Made by a program: the position numbers and the translations under genes. Of a stretch of DNA of 64,000 bases, positions 46,735-55,556 are shown in pieces; position 1 is the stretch's first letter, and the number at the start of each line of letters is the position of its first letter. Source of the DNA: Eubacteriales bacterium (GTDB lineage: Bacteria; Bacillota; Clostridia; Oscillospirales; CAG-272); contig JAZRQS010000021.1 of the NCBI GenBank assembly GCA_045649925.1, positions 13,120-77,119 of the forward strand. The letters run 5' to 3'. A model generated the notes under the pieces. That model worked only from the letters and a program-made list of their open reading frames with translations, did not search any database and was not told the origin of the DNA.

Positions 46735-48171
46735 ATGACAGCTACGAAAACAATTGCGCCGATCGAAGCAGACACTGAGCTATCGGCAGAAAATCAAGAA
46801 AAAAGAAACTCGAAAATACTGTTTTTATATATGCTATTCTGGTCGCTTACCTTTCTTGTTGCGGCGCCTGTGGTATGTATTTTAAGTGGCGAGGGATGGG
46901 ATATATTTGAAAACCTCTTTCTTATACTTACATCCCCTTCAAAGCTTGTAACCGACTACTTTGATATTGGAGGGCCTGCAAGCACCCTCTTAAACGCCGC
47001 CTTGTGCGGACTTGCCTGCAATCTGATTACATTTGTCTCAAAATCGAAATCCACCTCCAGCGTTCTTGCAGGATATTTTCTTGTAATAGCACATTGCTTT
47101 TATGGCCTTAATCTTGTAAATATGTGGCCCACCTTCTGCGGTGTATACATATATTGCATAGCGACAAGAAAAAAGTTTTCTGAAAATCTACATATTGCAA
47201 TGTTTTCCACTTCCCTTGCACCTTTTGTCAGCGATTTCCTTTTCAGATACACGCTTGGGGATAAATTTGTATTCGGCAAGGTTCAGCTTACTGCGACAGG
47301 CTTTGCTCTCGCAATAGCGTTTGGTATTGCCGCAGGTTTTATAGTGCCTGCCCTTTTGCCTGGCACTACGAAGATGCACAGAGGCTTTAACTTGTATAAG
47401 GCGGGACTTGCCATAGGTCTACTCGGCTGCTTCATATATGCCTTTATGTATCAGACGCTTGGATTGACTGCGCCAGAAGCTTTGGTACGAGGAAACGAGC
47501 TTTACGCATCGCACAACTACTCGTATGCAAAATATATCAACGTTATTTTTCTGTTTATATTTATCACTTCCACGCTTGCAGGATACTTTATGAACGGAAA
47601 AAGCTTTCACGGCTACCGCAGACTGCTGAAAAGCACAGGTCATGGCGTCGACTTCTCGGTCAAGTATGGTGTGCCTACCTCACTTATCAATATAGGTGTC
47701 TACGGCTTGCTTATTCTTGCTTATCTCAATATCATCTTTCTTCTTACTGAGGGTGTTGGATATACAGGAGCTACAGCAGGCGTCACAATTGCCGCTATAA
47801 CCTTTTCAGCATCGGGACAAAACCCGAGAAACGTGTGGCCGATAGTTTTGGGATATGCCGCACTTTACGTGCTTGCGAGTGCGCTTTGCAGCCTCATCGG
47901 CCTTGATATGCAGTGGTCACTCTCCTCTCAGGGTTACATAAACGGCTTGGCGTTTGCTACCGGACTTTGCCCCTTTACAGGAAAGTATGGCTGGAGAATC
48001 GGAGCCATTGCAGGCTTTATGAGCGCTATAATATGCACCTCTACTCTGGCAATGCACGGAGGATTCGTGCTTTATAATGGTGGCTTGACTGCAGGTCTTA
48101 CCGCACTCATTCTCATTCCTATACTTGACTTCTACAACGTCAAGGAAAAGTTCACGGAGGCGGACAATTAA
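46735..48171 (+). CDS. Polytopic membrane protein, possibly DUF1576 family
   Basis: About 11-12 hydrophobic segments and apparent two-fold internal organisation. The family name comes from memory only. Confidence 0.5.
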   Translation: MTATKTIAPIEADTELSAENQEKRNSKILFLYMLFWSLTFLVAAPVVCILSGEGWDIFENLFLILTSPSKLVTDYFDIGGPASTLLNAALCGLACNLITFVSKSKSTSSVLAGYFLVIAHCFYGLNLVNMWPTFCGVYIYCIATRKKFSENLHIAMFSTSLAPFVSDFLFRYTLGDKFVFGKVQLTATGFALAIAFGIAAGFIVPALLPGTTKMHRGFNLYKAGLAIGLLGCFIYAFMYQTLGLTAPEALVRGNELYASHNYSYAKYINVIFLFIFITSTLAGYFMNGKSFHGYRRLLKSTGHGVDFSVKYGVPTSLINIGVYGLLILAYLNIIFLLTEGVGYTGATAGVTIAAITFSASGQNPRNVWPIVLGYAALYVLASALCSLIGLDMQWSLSSQGYINGLAFATGLCPFTGKYGWRIGAIAGFMSAIICTSTLAMHGGFVLYNGGLTAGLTALILIPILDFYNVKEKFTEADN

Positions 48172-48196
48172 AATTGCGCCCTTCGTATGTGTAATA

Positions 48197-48232
48197 CAAA
48201 AAGAGCCTACAGAATTCCGTAGGCTCTTTTTG
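48197..48232. terminator. Bidirectional intrinsic terminator
   Basis: agagcctac (48202-48210) pairs with gtaggctct (48219-48227), flanked by A-run and T-run, between convergent genes. Confidence 0.8.
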
Positions 48233-48258
48233 TGTCAATGGCGTATACGCCACAATTA

Positions 48259-48492
48259 TTACTCTTCGACAATAAAAGGCTTGAGCTGTGCAAGGAGAGC
48301 TGTGCAATCCTCTGCGTGAGCTGTAAGCTTAATAGGATTGAGCAAGTCAAGGCTGAAAATACCCATAATAGACTTTGCATCTACTACGTATCTTCCGGAT
48401 GACAAATCAATATCAATATCGGAAGCGCTGACAATGTCAACGAACTTACGTACATCCTGAATTGTAGAAAGACGAATAAAGGTTGTCTGCAT
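48259..48492 (-). CDS. HPr-fold protein lacking the His15 phosphorylation site but keeping the Ser46 region (Crh-like)
   Basis: VVDAKSIMGIFSLDL corresponds to HPr/Crh vNAKSIMGlmsL. At the His15 position the sequence reads STIQDVRKF instead of GLHARPA. Confidence 0.65.
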   Translation of the reverse strand: MQTTFIRLSTIQDVRKFVDIVSASDIDIDLSSGRYVVDAKSIMGIFSLDLLNPIKLTAHAEDCTALLAQLKPFIVEE

Positions 48493-48643
48493 TTTATATT
48501 CTCCTTTTCTTTATTTTTCTCAATTATAGCAAATAGGAGAACATTTGTCAATACTATAAAATCATTAATAAGCGTTTTGTAGTGACAAAAATCGACTTTT
48601 GTGCAAAAAAACAAATTTATTTGTAAATTTTTGAATATTATAC

Positions 48644-48671
48644 TTGAAGTTTTGAAAATATAGTATATAAT
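48644..48671 (+). promoter_or_regulatory. Sigma-A type promoter of fba
   Basis: TTGAAG 48644-48649, 16-nt spacer, TATAAT 48666-48671. Confidence 0.5.
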
Positions 48672-48723
48672 ATTTAAGTAGGATATAATTATTATACATT
48701 TTCAAAATAACGGAGGTTTTATC

Positions 48724-49587
48724 ATGTTAGTATCAGCAAAGGAAATGCTCACAAAGGCAAAGGAAGGACATTACGCTGTAGGCCAGTTCAATATCAACAA
48801 TCTTGAATGGACAAAGGCTATTCTTCAGACCGCACAGGATCTCAACTCCCCTGTAATACTCGGTGTTTCTGAGGGAGCAGGAAAATATATGTGTGGATAC
48901 AACACCATTGTAGGTATGGTAAATGGAATGATCGAGACTCTCGGAATTACAGTTCCTGTTGCTCTCCATCTCGACCACGGCTCATATGATGCCGCACTCG
49001 CATGCATCAATGCAGGATTTTCTTCAGTAATGTTTGACGGCTCTCACTACTCTATCGAAGAAAACATCGAAAAGACAAAGGAGCTCGTTCGCATCACAGG
49101 CGAAAAGGGCATCTCTCTCGAAGCAGAGGTAGGCTCTATCGGTGGCGAAGAGGACGGAGTTGTCGGAATGGGCGAATGTGCAGATCCCGACGAATGCAAG
49201 ATGATCGCTGACCTCGGCGTTACAATGCTTGCAGCAGGTATCGGAAACATTCATGGTAAGTATCCTGAAAACTGGGCAGGTCTTTCTTTCGACACTCTTG
49301 ACAAGATCCAGCAGAAGACAGGCACAATGCCCCTCGTTCTCCACGGCGGTACAGGCATCCCTGCAGATATGATAAAGAAGGCTATAGACCTCGGTGTTTC
49401 CAAGATAAACGTAAACACAGAGTGCCAGCTCGCATTTGCTGCTGCTACTCGCAAGTACATTGAAGAGGGTAAGGATCTCGCAGGCAAGGGCTTTGACCCC
49501 AGAAAGCTCCTCGCTCCTGGCGTAGAGGCTATCAAGGCTACGGTTAAGGAAAAAATGGAGCTCTTCGGCTCTGTCAACAAGGCATAA
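48724..49587 (+). CDS. fba: Class II fructose-1,6-bisphosphate aldolase
   Basis: GHYAVGQFNINNLEW, VALHLDHG, SVMFDGS, LEAEVGSIGGEED, and LVLHGGTG. Confidence 0.9.
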   Translation: MLVSAKEMLTKAKEGHYAVGQFNINNLEWTKAILQTAQDLNSPVILGVSEGAGKYMCGYNTIVGMVNGMIETLGITVPVALHLDHGSYDAALACINAGFSSVMFDGSHYSIEENIEKTKELVRITGEKGISLEAEVGSIGGEEDGVVGMGECADPDECKMIADLGVTMLAAGIGNIHGKYPENWAGLSFDTLDKIQQKTGTMPLVLHGGTGIPADMIKKAIDLGVSKINVNTECQLAFAAATRKYIEEGKDLAGKGFDPRKLLAPGVEAIKATVKEKMELFGSVNKA

Positions 49588-49589
49588 TT

Positions 49590-50234
49590 ATGGCAAACGT
49601 AACACCTGCAGAGGCAACAAGAAACAAAAAACTCGGAGAACGCGTTGTAAAGGCGTTAAACGACCGACACTTCGATGCTTATTATTGCGAAAATGCTGAG
49701 GACGCCAAGGCGCTCGTGCTTTCCCTCATTCCCGAGGGCTCGAGCATAGCTTGGGGTGGCTCTGCTACACTTTCTCAGATAGGGCTTATAGACGCCGTTA
49801 AAAACGGAAGCTATACACTCTTTGACAGAGACGCAGTGCCTGTAGAAGAACGCCAGAATATGATGCGACAGGCATTTTTCTCCGACTTCTATCTCGCAAG
49901 TTCAAACGCTATTACCGAAGACGGACAGCTCTTCAATATAGACGGAACAGGAAACAGAGTCGCCGCAATGATTTATGGTCCTAAAAATGTAATTCTTGTT
50001 GCAGGAATTAACAAGGTAGTCAAAAGCGAGCAGGATGCCGTAGCGAGAGCGAGAAACTACGCTGCGCCTATCAACACCCAGCGCTTTGACATTGATACTC
50101 CCTGCAAGATTACAGGTAGCTGTGCAAATTGCAAGTCAAAGGACTCTATCTGCGCTTACATGGTTGCTACACGAATTTGCCGACCTGCTAAAAAGATAAA
50201 GGTCATTCTTGTCGGTGAGCATCTGGGCTTTTAA
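49590..50234 (+). CDS. LUD-domain (YkgG/LutC-like, DUF162) protein
   Basis: ...SIAWGGSATL...ASSNAITEDGQLFNIDGTGNRVAAMIYGPKNVILVAGINKVV... plus a C-terminal Cys cluster CKITGSCANCKSKDSIC. Confidence 0.65.
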   Translation: MANVTPAEATRNKKLGERVVKALNDRHFDAYYCENAEDAKALVLSLIPEGSSIAWGGSATLSQIGLIDAVKNGSYTLFDRDAVPVEERQNMMRQAFFSDFYLASSNAITEDGQLFNIDGTGNRVAAMIYGPKNVILVAGINKVVKSEQDAVARARNYAAPINTQRFDIDTPCKITGSCANCKSKDSICAYMVATRICRPAKKIKVILVGEHLGF

Positions 50235-50256
50235 TTCTTACATTTTAATAATATTA

Positions 50257-50295
50257 AAACTTCCGAAAAATTGTTGTTTTTCGGAAGTTTTTTTG
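50257..50295 (+). terminator. Intrinsic terminator after the fba-LUD pair
   Basis: aaaacttccgaaaaa pairs with tttttcggaagtttt (stem core cttccga/tcggaag, 50260-50287), followed by a T-run. Confidence 0.8.
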
Positions 50296-50304
50296 CTTTG
50301 TCTA

Positions 50305-50333
50305 TTGACAACAAACAGTGTTTATTGTATAAT
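50305..50333 (+). promoter_or_regulatory. Sigma-A type promoter, perfect consensus, of the citrate synthase-gntR-acn-icd operon
   Basis: TTGACA 50305-50310, 17-nt spacer, TATAAT 50328-50333. Confidence 0.6.
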
Positions 50334-50349
50334 TGTATACAATAAACAC
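50318..50349. promoter_or_regulatory. Operator-like perfect palindrome (14 bp arms, 4-nt centre) overlapping the -10 box and predicted TSS
   Basis: gtgtttattgtata (50318-50331), attg, tatacaataaacac (50336-50349). The arms are exact reverse complements. Confidence 0.6.
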
Positions 50350-50364
50350 ATTTGAGGTGATATC

Positions 50365-51744
50365 ATGCTTGAAATTTCTAAAAAAACCAATCTACTTGAG
50401 CAAAAGGTATATAAATACTCGTTACAGGATGTAGACGAGGCAAATTTATATCGTGACATATACAGCTACTCCGACATACCAAAGGTCGCATTCAACCACA
50501 GACGCGTGCCTATGTCGATGCCTGAGGAAATATGGATAACTGATACCTCTATGCGAGATGGTCAGCAATCTGTCGAGCCTTACACCGTCCAGCAGATAGT
50601 AGATCTCTTCAAGCTCCTTTCAAGACTTGGCGGTCCCAACGGAATTATTCGTCAGTCGGAGTTTTTCATCTACAGTAAAAAAGACAGAGAGGCTGTAGAG
50701 AGATGTATGGAACTCGGACTCAAGTTCCCTGAAATAACTACTTGGATCAGAGCAAACCGAGAGGACTTCAAGCTTGTCAAGGACCTCGGAATTGCCGAGA
50801 CGGGAATTCTCGTTTCCTCATCTGACTATCACATATTCAACAAGCTTGGCATGAAGCGTAGTCAGGCGATAGATCACTATCTTGCTACTGTTGCCGACGC
50901 CTTTGAAGCAGGTGTTCGCCCTCGTTGTCACCTTGAGGATATTACACGTGCTGACTTCTACGGCTTTGTAGTTCCCTTTGTAAACGAGCTTCAGAAGATG
51001 TCACAGGATGCAGGGATACCTGTCAAGATAAGAGCGTGCGACACAATGGGCTATGGTGTTCCCTACACCGAGGTAGCACTCCCCCGAAGCGTTCCCGGAA
51101 TTATATACGGCTTACAGCACTATTCCGACGTGCCCAGTGAGATGATAGAGTGGCATGGACACAACGACTTCTATAAAGCGGTAGCAAACGCATCTACGGC
51201 ATGGCTTTATGGTGCATGCGCTGTAAACTGCTCTCTGCTTGGTATAGGCGAGAGAACGGGAAATATCCCGCTTGAAGCAATGGTGTTCGAATATGCTTCT
51301 CTGCGCGGATCTCTTGACGGAATGGACACGACAGCTATTACAGACATTGCAGAATATTTTGAAAAGGAAATGGGCTACACCATACCTCCTATGACTCCCT
51401 TTGTGGGAAGAAATTTCAACACCACGAGAGCGGGAATACACGCCGACGGACTTCTCAAGGATCAGGAAATATATAATATTTTTGATACTGACAAATACCT
51501 CAACAGACCTGCTTCAGTTACTGTAAGCAAAACCTCAGGACTTGCAGGCATAGCCTATTGGATAAACCAGAACTATCGACTCAAGGGCGACAATGCAGTG
51601 AGCAAGAAGGATCCTCTGGTTATCGCATTGAAGGAATGGGTAGATGCCGAATACGAGGACGGACGTCAGACAGTGCTTAGTAATTCCGAGCTTGAGGAAA
51701 AGATAGCCGCTATGACAAACGGGAACTTCCCTCCCAAGAAATAA
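50365..51744 (+). CDS. IPMS/homocitrate synthase-family enzyme; by context a Re-face citrate synthase candidate
   Basis: DRE-TIM metallolyase motifs TDTSMRDGQQS and WHGHNDFYKAVANA. The gene heads an operon with aconitase and isocitrate dehydrogenase. Confidence 0.65.
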   Translation: MLEISKKTNLLEQKVYKYSLQDVDEANLYRDIYSYSDIPKVAFNHRRVPMSMPEEIWITDTSMRDGQQSVEPYTVQQIVDLFKLLSRLGGPNGIIRQSEFFIYSKKDREAVERCMELGLKFPEITTWIRANREDFKLVKDLGIAETGILVSSSDYHIFNKLGMKRSQAIDHYLATVADAFEAGVRPRCHLEDITRADFYGFVVPFVNELQKMSQDAGIPVKIRACDTMGYGVPYTEVALPRSVPGIIYGLQHYSDVPSEMIEWHGHNDFYKAVANASTAWLYGACAVNCSLLGIGERTGNIPLEAMVFEYASLRGSLDGMDTTAITDIAEYFEKEMGYTIPPMTPFVGRNFNTTRAGIHADGLLKDQEIYNIFDTDKYLNRPASVTVSKTSGLAGIAYWINQNYRLKGDNAVSKKDPLVIALKEWVDAEYEDGRQTVLSNSELEEKIAAMTNGNFPPKK

Positions 51745-51757
51745 TAGGAGCATGAAA

Positions 51758-52411
51758 ATGTCTACACAAATAAAACACGAATCTATAGCTGACAAAGTAT
51801 TTTCTATGCTTGAAGCTGATATTTTGAGCGGAAAATATCGCACAGGCGAAATTATTACCGAAACAAAGCTTTCAAAGGAGTTTGACGTCAGTCGTACTCC
51901 TGTAAGAGAGGCTATAAGACGACTCCAGCAGGAAAATCTCCTCGCCGAATCAGGCAAGGGCGTCATCGTACTTGGAGTCAGCAATGAGGATCTCTCGGAC
52001 ATTTACGACATAAGAATGCGAATAGAGGGACTTGCGGCAAGATGGGCGGCGCAGAATATGACTGACGAGCAGTTAAGCGAGCTCTCCGACGTTCTTGACC
52101 TTCAGGAGTTTTACACAATAAAGGAAAAGACCGACGAAATCAAAAACGCCGATTCCTCCTTCCACGACATTATATATCAGAGCTGTCACAGTGCTACCTT
52201 GAATGCGATACTCTGTATGCTCCACAAGAAAATACAGAATTTCCGTAAGCGTTCAATAGAAAACGGAGACAGAGCAAAAAAAGCCATCGAAGAGCACAAG
52301 CTCATTTATCAGGCTCTCAAGGATCACGACTGCGAAAAAGCGGAAGCACTGACAATAGAACACATAAGAAATGCAAAAGAAAGTATGCTCAATCTTTTTG
52401 ATGCTAACTGA
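51758..52411 (+). CDS. GntR-family transcriptional regulator, FadR/FCD subfamily
   Basis: wHTH ...ETKLSKEFDVSRTPVREAIRRLQQENLL... plus an all-helical C-terminal domain. ATG 51758 is preferred (AGGAG 7 nt upstream) over 51752. Confidence 0.8.
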   Translation: MSTQIKHESIADKVFSMLEADILSGKYRTGEIITETKLSKEFDVSRTPVREAIRRLQQENLLAESGKGVIVLGVSNEDLSDIYDIRMRIEGLAARWAAQNMTDEQLSELSDVLDLQEFYTIKEKTDEIKNADSSFHDIIYQSCHSATLNAILCMLHKKIQNFRKRSIENGDRAKKAIEEHKLIYQALKDHDCEKAEALTIEHIRNAKESMLNLFDAN

Positions 52412-52423
52412 ACGGAGGACGAC

Positions 52424-54346
52424 ATGGGACTTACAATTGCACAAAAAATCATAAAAGAACATTTAATCGAAGGAAAAATGGAGGCAGGTAGCGAAATCGC
52501 CCTGCGCATAGACCAGACACTTACACAGGATGCAACAGGAACAATGGCATATCTGGAATTCGAAAGCATCGGAATTCCGAGAGTAAGAACTGAGCGTTCC
52601 GTCGCATACATAGACCACAACACCCTGCAGTCAGGCTTTGAAAATGCAGATGACCATTTGTATATACAGAGCGTCGCTAAGAAGTACGGAATATATTTCT
52701 CGCGCCCAGGAAACGGTATATGCCACCAGGTCCACCTCGAAAGATTTGGAAAGCCCGGAAAGACTCTTATAGGCTCAGACAGCCACACCCCCACCTGTGG
52801 AGGAATAGGCATGCTCGCTATGGGCGCAGGAGGACTCGACGTGGCAGTAGCTATGGGAGGTGGCGCATACCACATCACCATGCCCAAAATGTACAAGGTA
52901 AACCTCACAGGAAAGCTCAACCCCTTTGTTACGGCAAAGGATATCAGCCTCGAAATATTGCGAATCCTCTCCGTCAAGGGTGGTGTCGGCGCAATAATAG
53001 AGTGGGGCGGCGATGGAATCAAAAATCTCTCGGTTCCCGAAAGAGCTACTATCACAAATATGGGAACAGAGCTTGGCGCTACTACGTCAATCTTCCCTTC
53101 AGATGAAATAACAAAGGCATTTTTGAAGGCAGAAGGCAGAGAATGTGACTTTGTGCCGCTTGAGAGCGATGCAGACGCTATCTACGACAAGATTATCGAT
53201 ATAGATATGTCCTCACTCAAGCCTATGATAGCACAGCCTCACAGCCCCGACAATGTTGTAAGCGTAGACTCGCTCAAGGGCATCAAGGTAGATCAGGTGT
53301 GTATCGGCTCCTGCACCAACTCTTCCCTTCTCGATATGCTGAAGGTAGCCGCTTTACTTAAGGGCAAGACAATCTCTCCCTCGGTAAGCCTTTCAATCTC
53401 GCCCGGCTCCAAGCAGGTGCTTGCGATGCTTTCCGACTGTGGAGCGCTTTCCGATATTATCGCATCGGGTGCAAGAATTCTCGAGTGCGCATGTGGTCCT
53501 TGTATCGGCATGGGCTTTTCTCCCAACTCCGCAGGAGTAAGCCTGAGAACCTTTAACCGCAACTTTGAAGGAAGAAGCGGAACGGCAGATGGAAAGGTAT
53601 ATCTCGTTTCTCCCGAAACGGCCGTTGCTGCCGCTCTTACAGGATACATCACCGATCCGAGAGAGCTTGGCAAGATGCCTAAGGTGAAAATGCCCTCCAA
53701 ATTCAAAATAAATGACAATGCAATAATCGAGCCTGCACCTGCAGAGGAAGCGAGCTCCCTTGAAATTTGCAGAGGTCCTAACATCAAGAGTTTCCCTGAA
53801 GGAAAGCTCATTACAGATACAATTTCTGCGCCTCTTTTGCTCAAGGTCGGCGACAATATAACTACCGATCATATCATGCCCGCAGGTGCAAAAATCCTCC
53901 CCTATCGTTCAAACATCCCCTTCCTCTCCCAGTTCTGCTTTGGTGTATGTGACAAGACATTCCCAGAAAGAGCTTTGCAGGCAGGTGGCGGATTTGTAGT
54001 AGGTGGATCAAACTACGGACAAGGCTCATCCCGTGAGCACGCCGCGCTAGTTCCGCTTTATCTCGGAGTTCGAGCAGTAATTGCAAAGAGCTTTGCGAGA
54101 ATACACGTGGCAAACCTCATAAACGCAGGTATTATTCCTCTTACGTTCAAAAATCCTGATGATATTGATTTCCTCGAAGAAGGTGACAAGCTCACGCTCT
54201 CAAACCTCTTTGCAGGCCTTGAAGGTGGTCAGGTAACGCTTTCCGTCGAGGGCAAGACTGATATTCAGCTTGAATGTAGCTTTACAAAGCGTCAGCGTGA
54301 TATCCTGCTTGCAGGCGGACTTCTCAAATACACAAAGGACAACTGA
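52424..54346 (+). CDS. acn: Aconitate hydratase (about 640-aa single-chain form)
   Basis: The Fe-S ligand contexts are GSDSHTPTCGG, IGSCTNS and CGPCIGMG. The swivel domain carries GSNYGQGSSREHAA. Confidence 0.85.
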   Translation: MGLTIAQKIIKEHLIEGKMEAGSEIALRIDQTLTQDATGTMAYLEFESIGIPRVRTERSVAYIDHNTLQSGFENADDHLYIQSVAKKYGIYFSRPGNGICHQVHLERFGKPGKTLIGSDSHTPTCGGIGMLAMGAGGLDVAVAMGGGAYHITMPKMYKVNLTGKLNPFVTAKDISLEILRILSVKGGVGAIIEWGGDGIKNLSVPERATITNMGTELGATTSIFPSDEITKAFLKAEGRECDFVPLESDADAIYDKIIDIDMSSLKPMIAQPHSPDNVVSVDSLKGIKVDQVCIGSCTNSSLLDMLKVAALLKGKTISPSVSLSISPGSKQVLAMLSDCGALSDIIASGARILECACGPCIGMGFSPNSAGVSLRTFNRNFEGRSGTADGKVYLVSPETAVAAALTGYITDPRELGKMPKVKMPSKFKINDNAIIEPAPAEEASSLEICRGPNIKSFPEGKLITDTISAPLLLKVGDNITTDHIMPAGAKILPYRSNIPFLSQFCFGVCDKTFPERALQAGGGFVVGGSNYGQGSSREHAALVPLYLGVRAVIAKSFARIHVANLINAGIIPLTFKNPDDIDFLEEGDKLTLSNLFAGLEGGQVTLSVEGKTDIQLECSFTKRQRDILLAGGLLKYTKDN

Positions 54347-54363
54347 TTTTTGGAGATAGACAA

Positions 54364-55512
54364 ATGGAAAAATACATTGAAATGGCGACCGAGCATTTCC
54401 GCCGACTTTTGAGTGAGCAGCTTCTGAGAGTGGAAAAAATGGAAAACGACAAAGAAAAAAAGGATTTTTCTAAGCTCGATACTATAACTATAGGAATATG
54501 CGCAGGTGACGGAATAGGCCCGATAATCTGCCGCGAGGCTGAAAGACTGCTTTGCACCATTCTTAAAGACGAAATTGCATCAGGCAAGGTTAAGATAAAG
54601 GAAATTGAAGGCCTCACCATTGAAAATCGTGAAAAGTGCAACAAGGCAATACCCGATGATGTGCTCAAGGAAATAAAGGAATGTGACGTCTTGCTGAAGG
54701 GTCCTACCACTACTCCGAATGGCGGAACTATGGAAAGCGCCAACGTGGCTATGCGCCGTGAGCTTGACCTCTATGCCAACCTCCGTCCTATCAATATAGC
54801 GGATAAAAACATAGACTGGGCATTTTTCAGAGAAAACACCGAAGGTGAATACACCCTCGGAAGCAAGGGTATCGACATTCCCGAAAAGCTCTCTATGGAT
54901 TTCAAGGTAACTACAGATGCAGGAACGGAGCGAATCGCTCGTGCCGCATTTGAGTATGCAAAGAACAACGGCAAAAACAGAGTTTCTATCGTTACAAAAG
55001 CGAACATAATGAAAAAAACTGACGGAAAGTTCAGTCGTATATGCCACGAGGTCGCAAAGGAATATCCCGATATTCAGGCAGACGAGTGGTACATTGACAT
55101 TATGTGTGCAAACCTTATAAACGAGGCTATTCAGAGCTCATTTCAGGTTATCCTCCTCCCCAATCTTTACGGCGATATTATAACCGATGAAGCTGCGCAG
55201 ATTCAGGGTGGCGTAGGAACTGCAGGTAGCGCAAATATCGGCGACAAGTATGCGATGTTTGAGGCTATCCACGGAAGTGCACCTAGAATGATAGCTGAGG
55301 GTATCGGCGAGTATGCAAATCCGTCGAGCATTTTTGTAGCGGTCGGAATGCTTCTCCGTCATATAGGCTCTGTCGCCTATGCAGAAAAGCTTGATCACGC
55401 AATGCGCATTTGTACAGAAAGTGAAAAGAAGGTAGTTGTTACAGGAAATCGCAGCGGAGCGACCTGCCACGAATTTGCAGATTACCTTATAGATACATAT
55501 GTAAATCTTTGA
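54364..55512 (+). CDS. icd: Isocitrate dehydrogenase (isocitrate/isopropylmalate dehydrogenase family)
   Basis: LKGPTTTP, NLRP, and NLYGDIITDEAAQIQGGVGTAGSANIG. The operon context is citrate synthase plus aconitase. Confidence 0.8.
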   Translation: MEKYIEMATEHFRRLLSEQLLRVEKMENDKEKKDFSKLDTITIGICAGDGIGPIICREAERLLCTILKDEIASGKVKIKEIEGLTIENREKCNKAIPDDVLKEIKECDVLLKGPTTTPNGGTMESANVAMRRELDLYANLRPINIADKNIDWAFFRENTEGEYTLGSKGIDIPEKLSMDFKVTTDAGTERIARAAFEYAKNNGKNRVSIVTKANIMKKTDGKFSRICHEVAKEYPDIQADEWYIDIMCANLINEAIQSSFQVILLPNLYGDIITDEAAQIQGGVGTAGSANIGDKYAMFEAIHGSAPRMIAEGIGEYANPSSIFVAVGMLLRHIGSVAYAEKLDHAMRICTESEKKVVVTGNRSGATCHEFADYLIDTYVNL

Positions 55513-55514
55513 TA

Positions 55515-55550
55515 TAAAAAAACAACGCCCTCGCGGGCGTTGTTTTTTAT
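55515..55550. terminator. Bidirectional intrinsic terminator (icd / serS)
   Basis: aacaacgccc (55521-55530) pairs with gggcgttgtt (55535-55544), flanked by A-run and T-run. Confidence 0.85.
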
Positions 55551-55556
55551 TTGTTT

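Noticed and set aside
48565-48582. A cre (CcpA-binding) like sequence, ataagcgttttg, between the Crh-like gene and fba.
   Set aside because: Only the central AAGCG core matches the consensus TGWAANCGNTNWCA. Both the TG and CA ends are missing.
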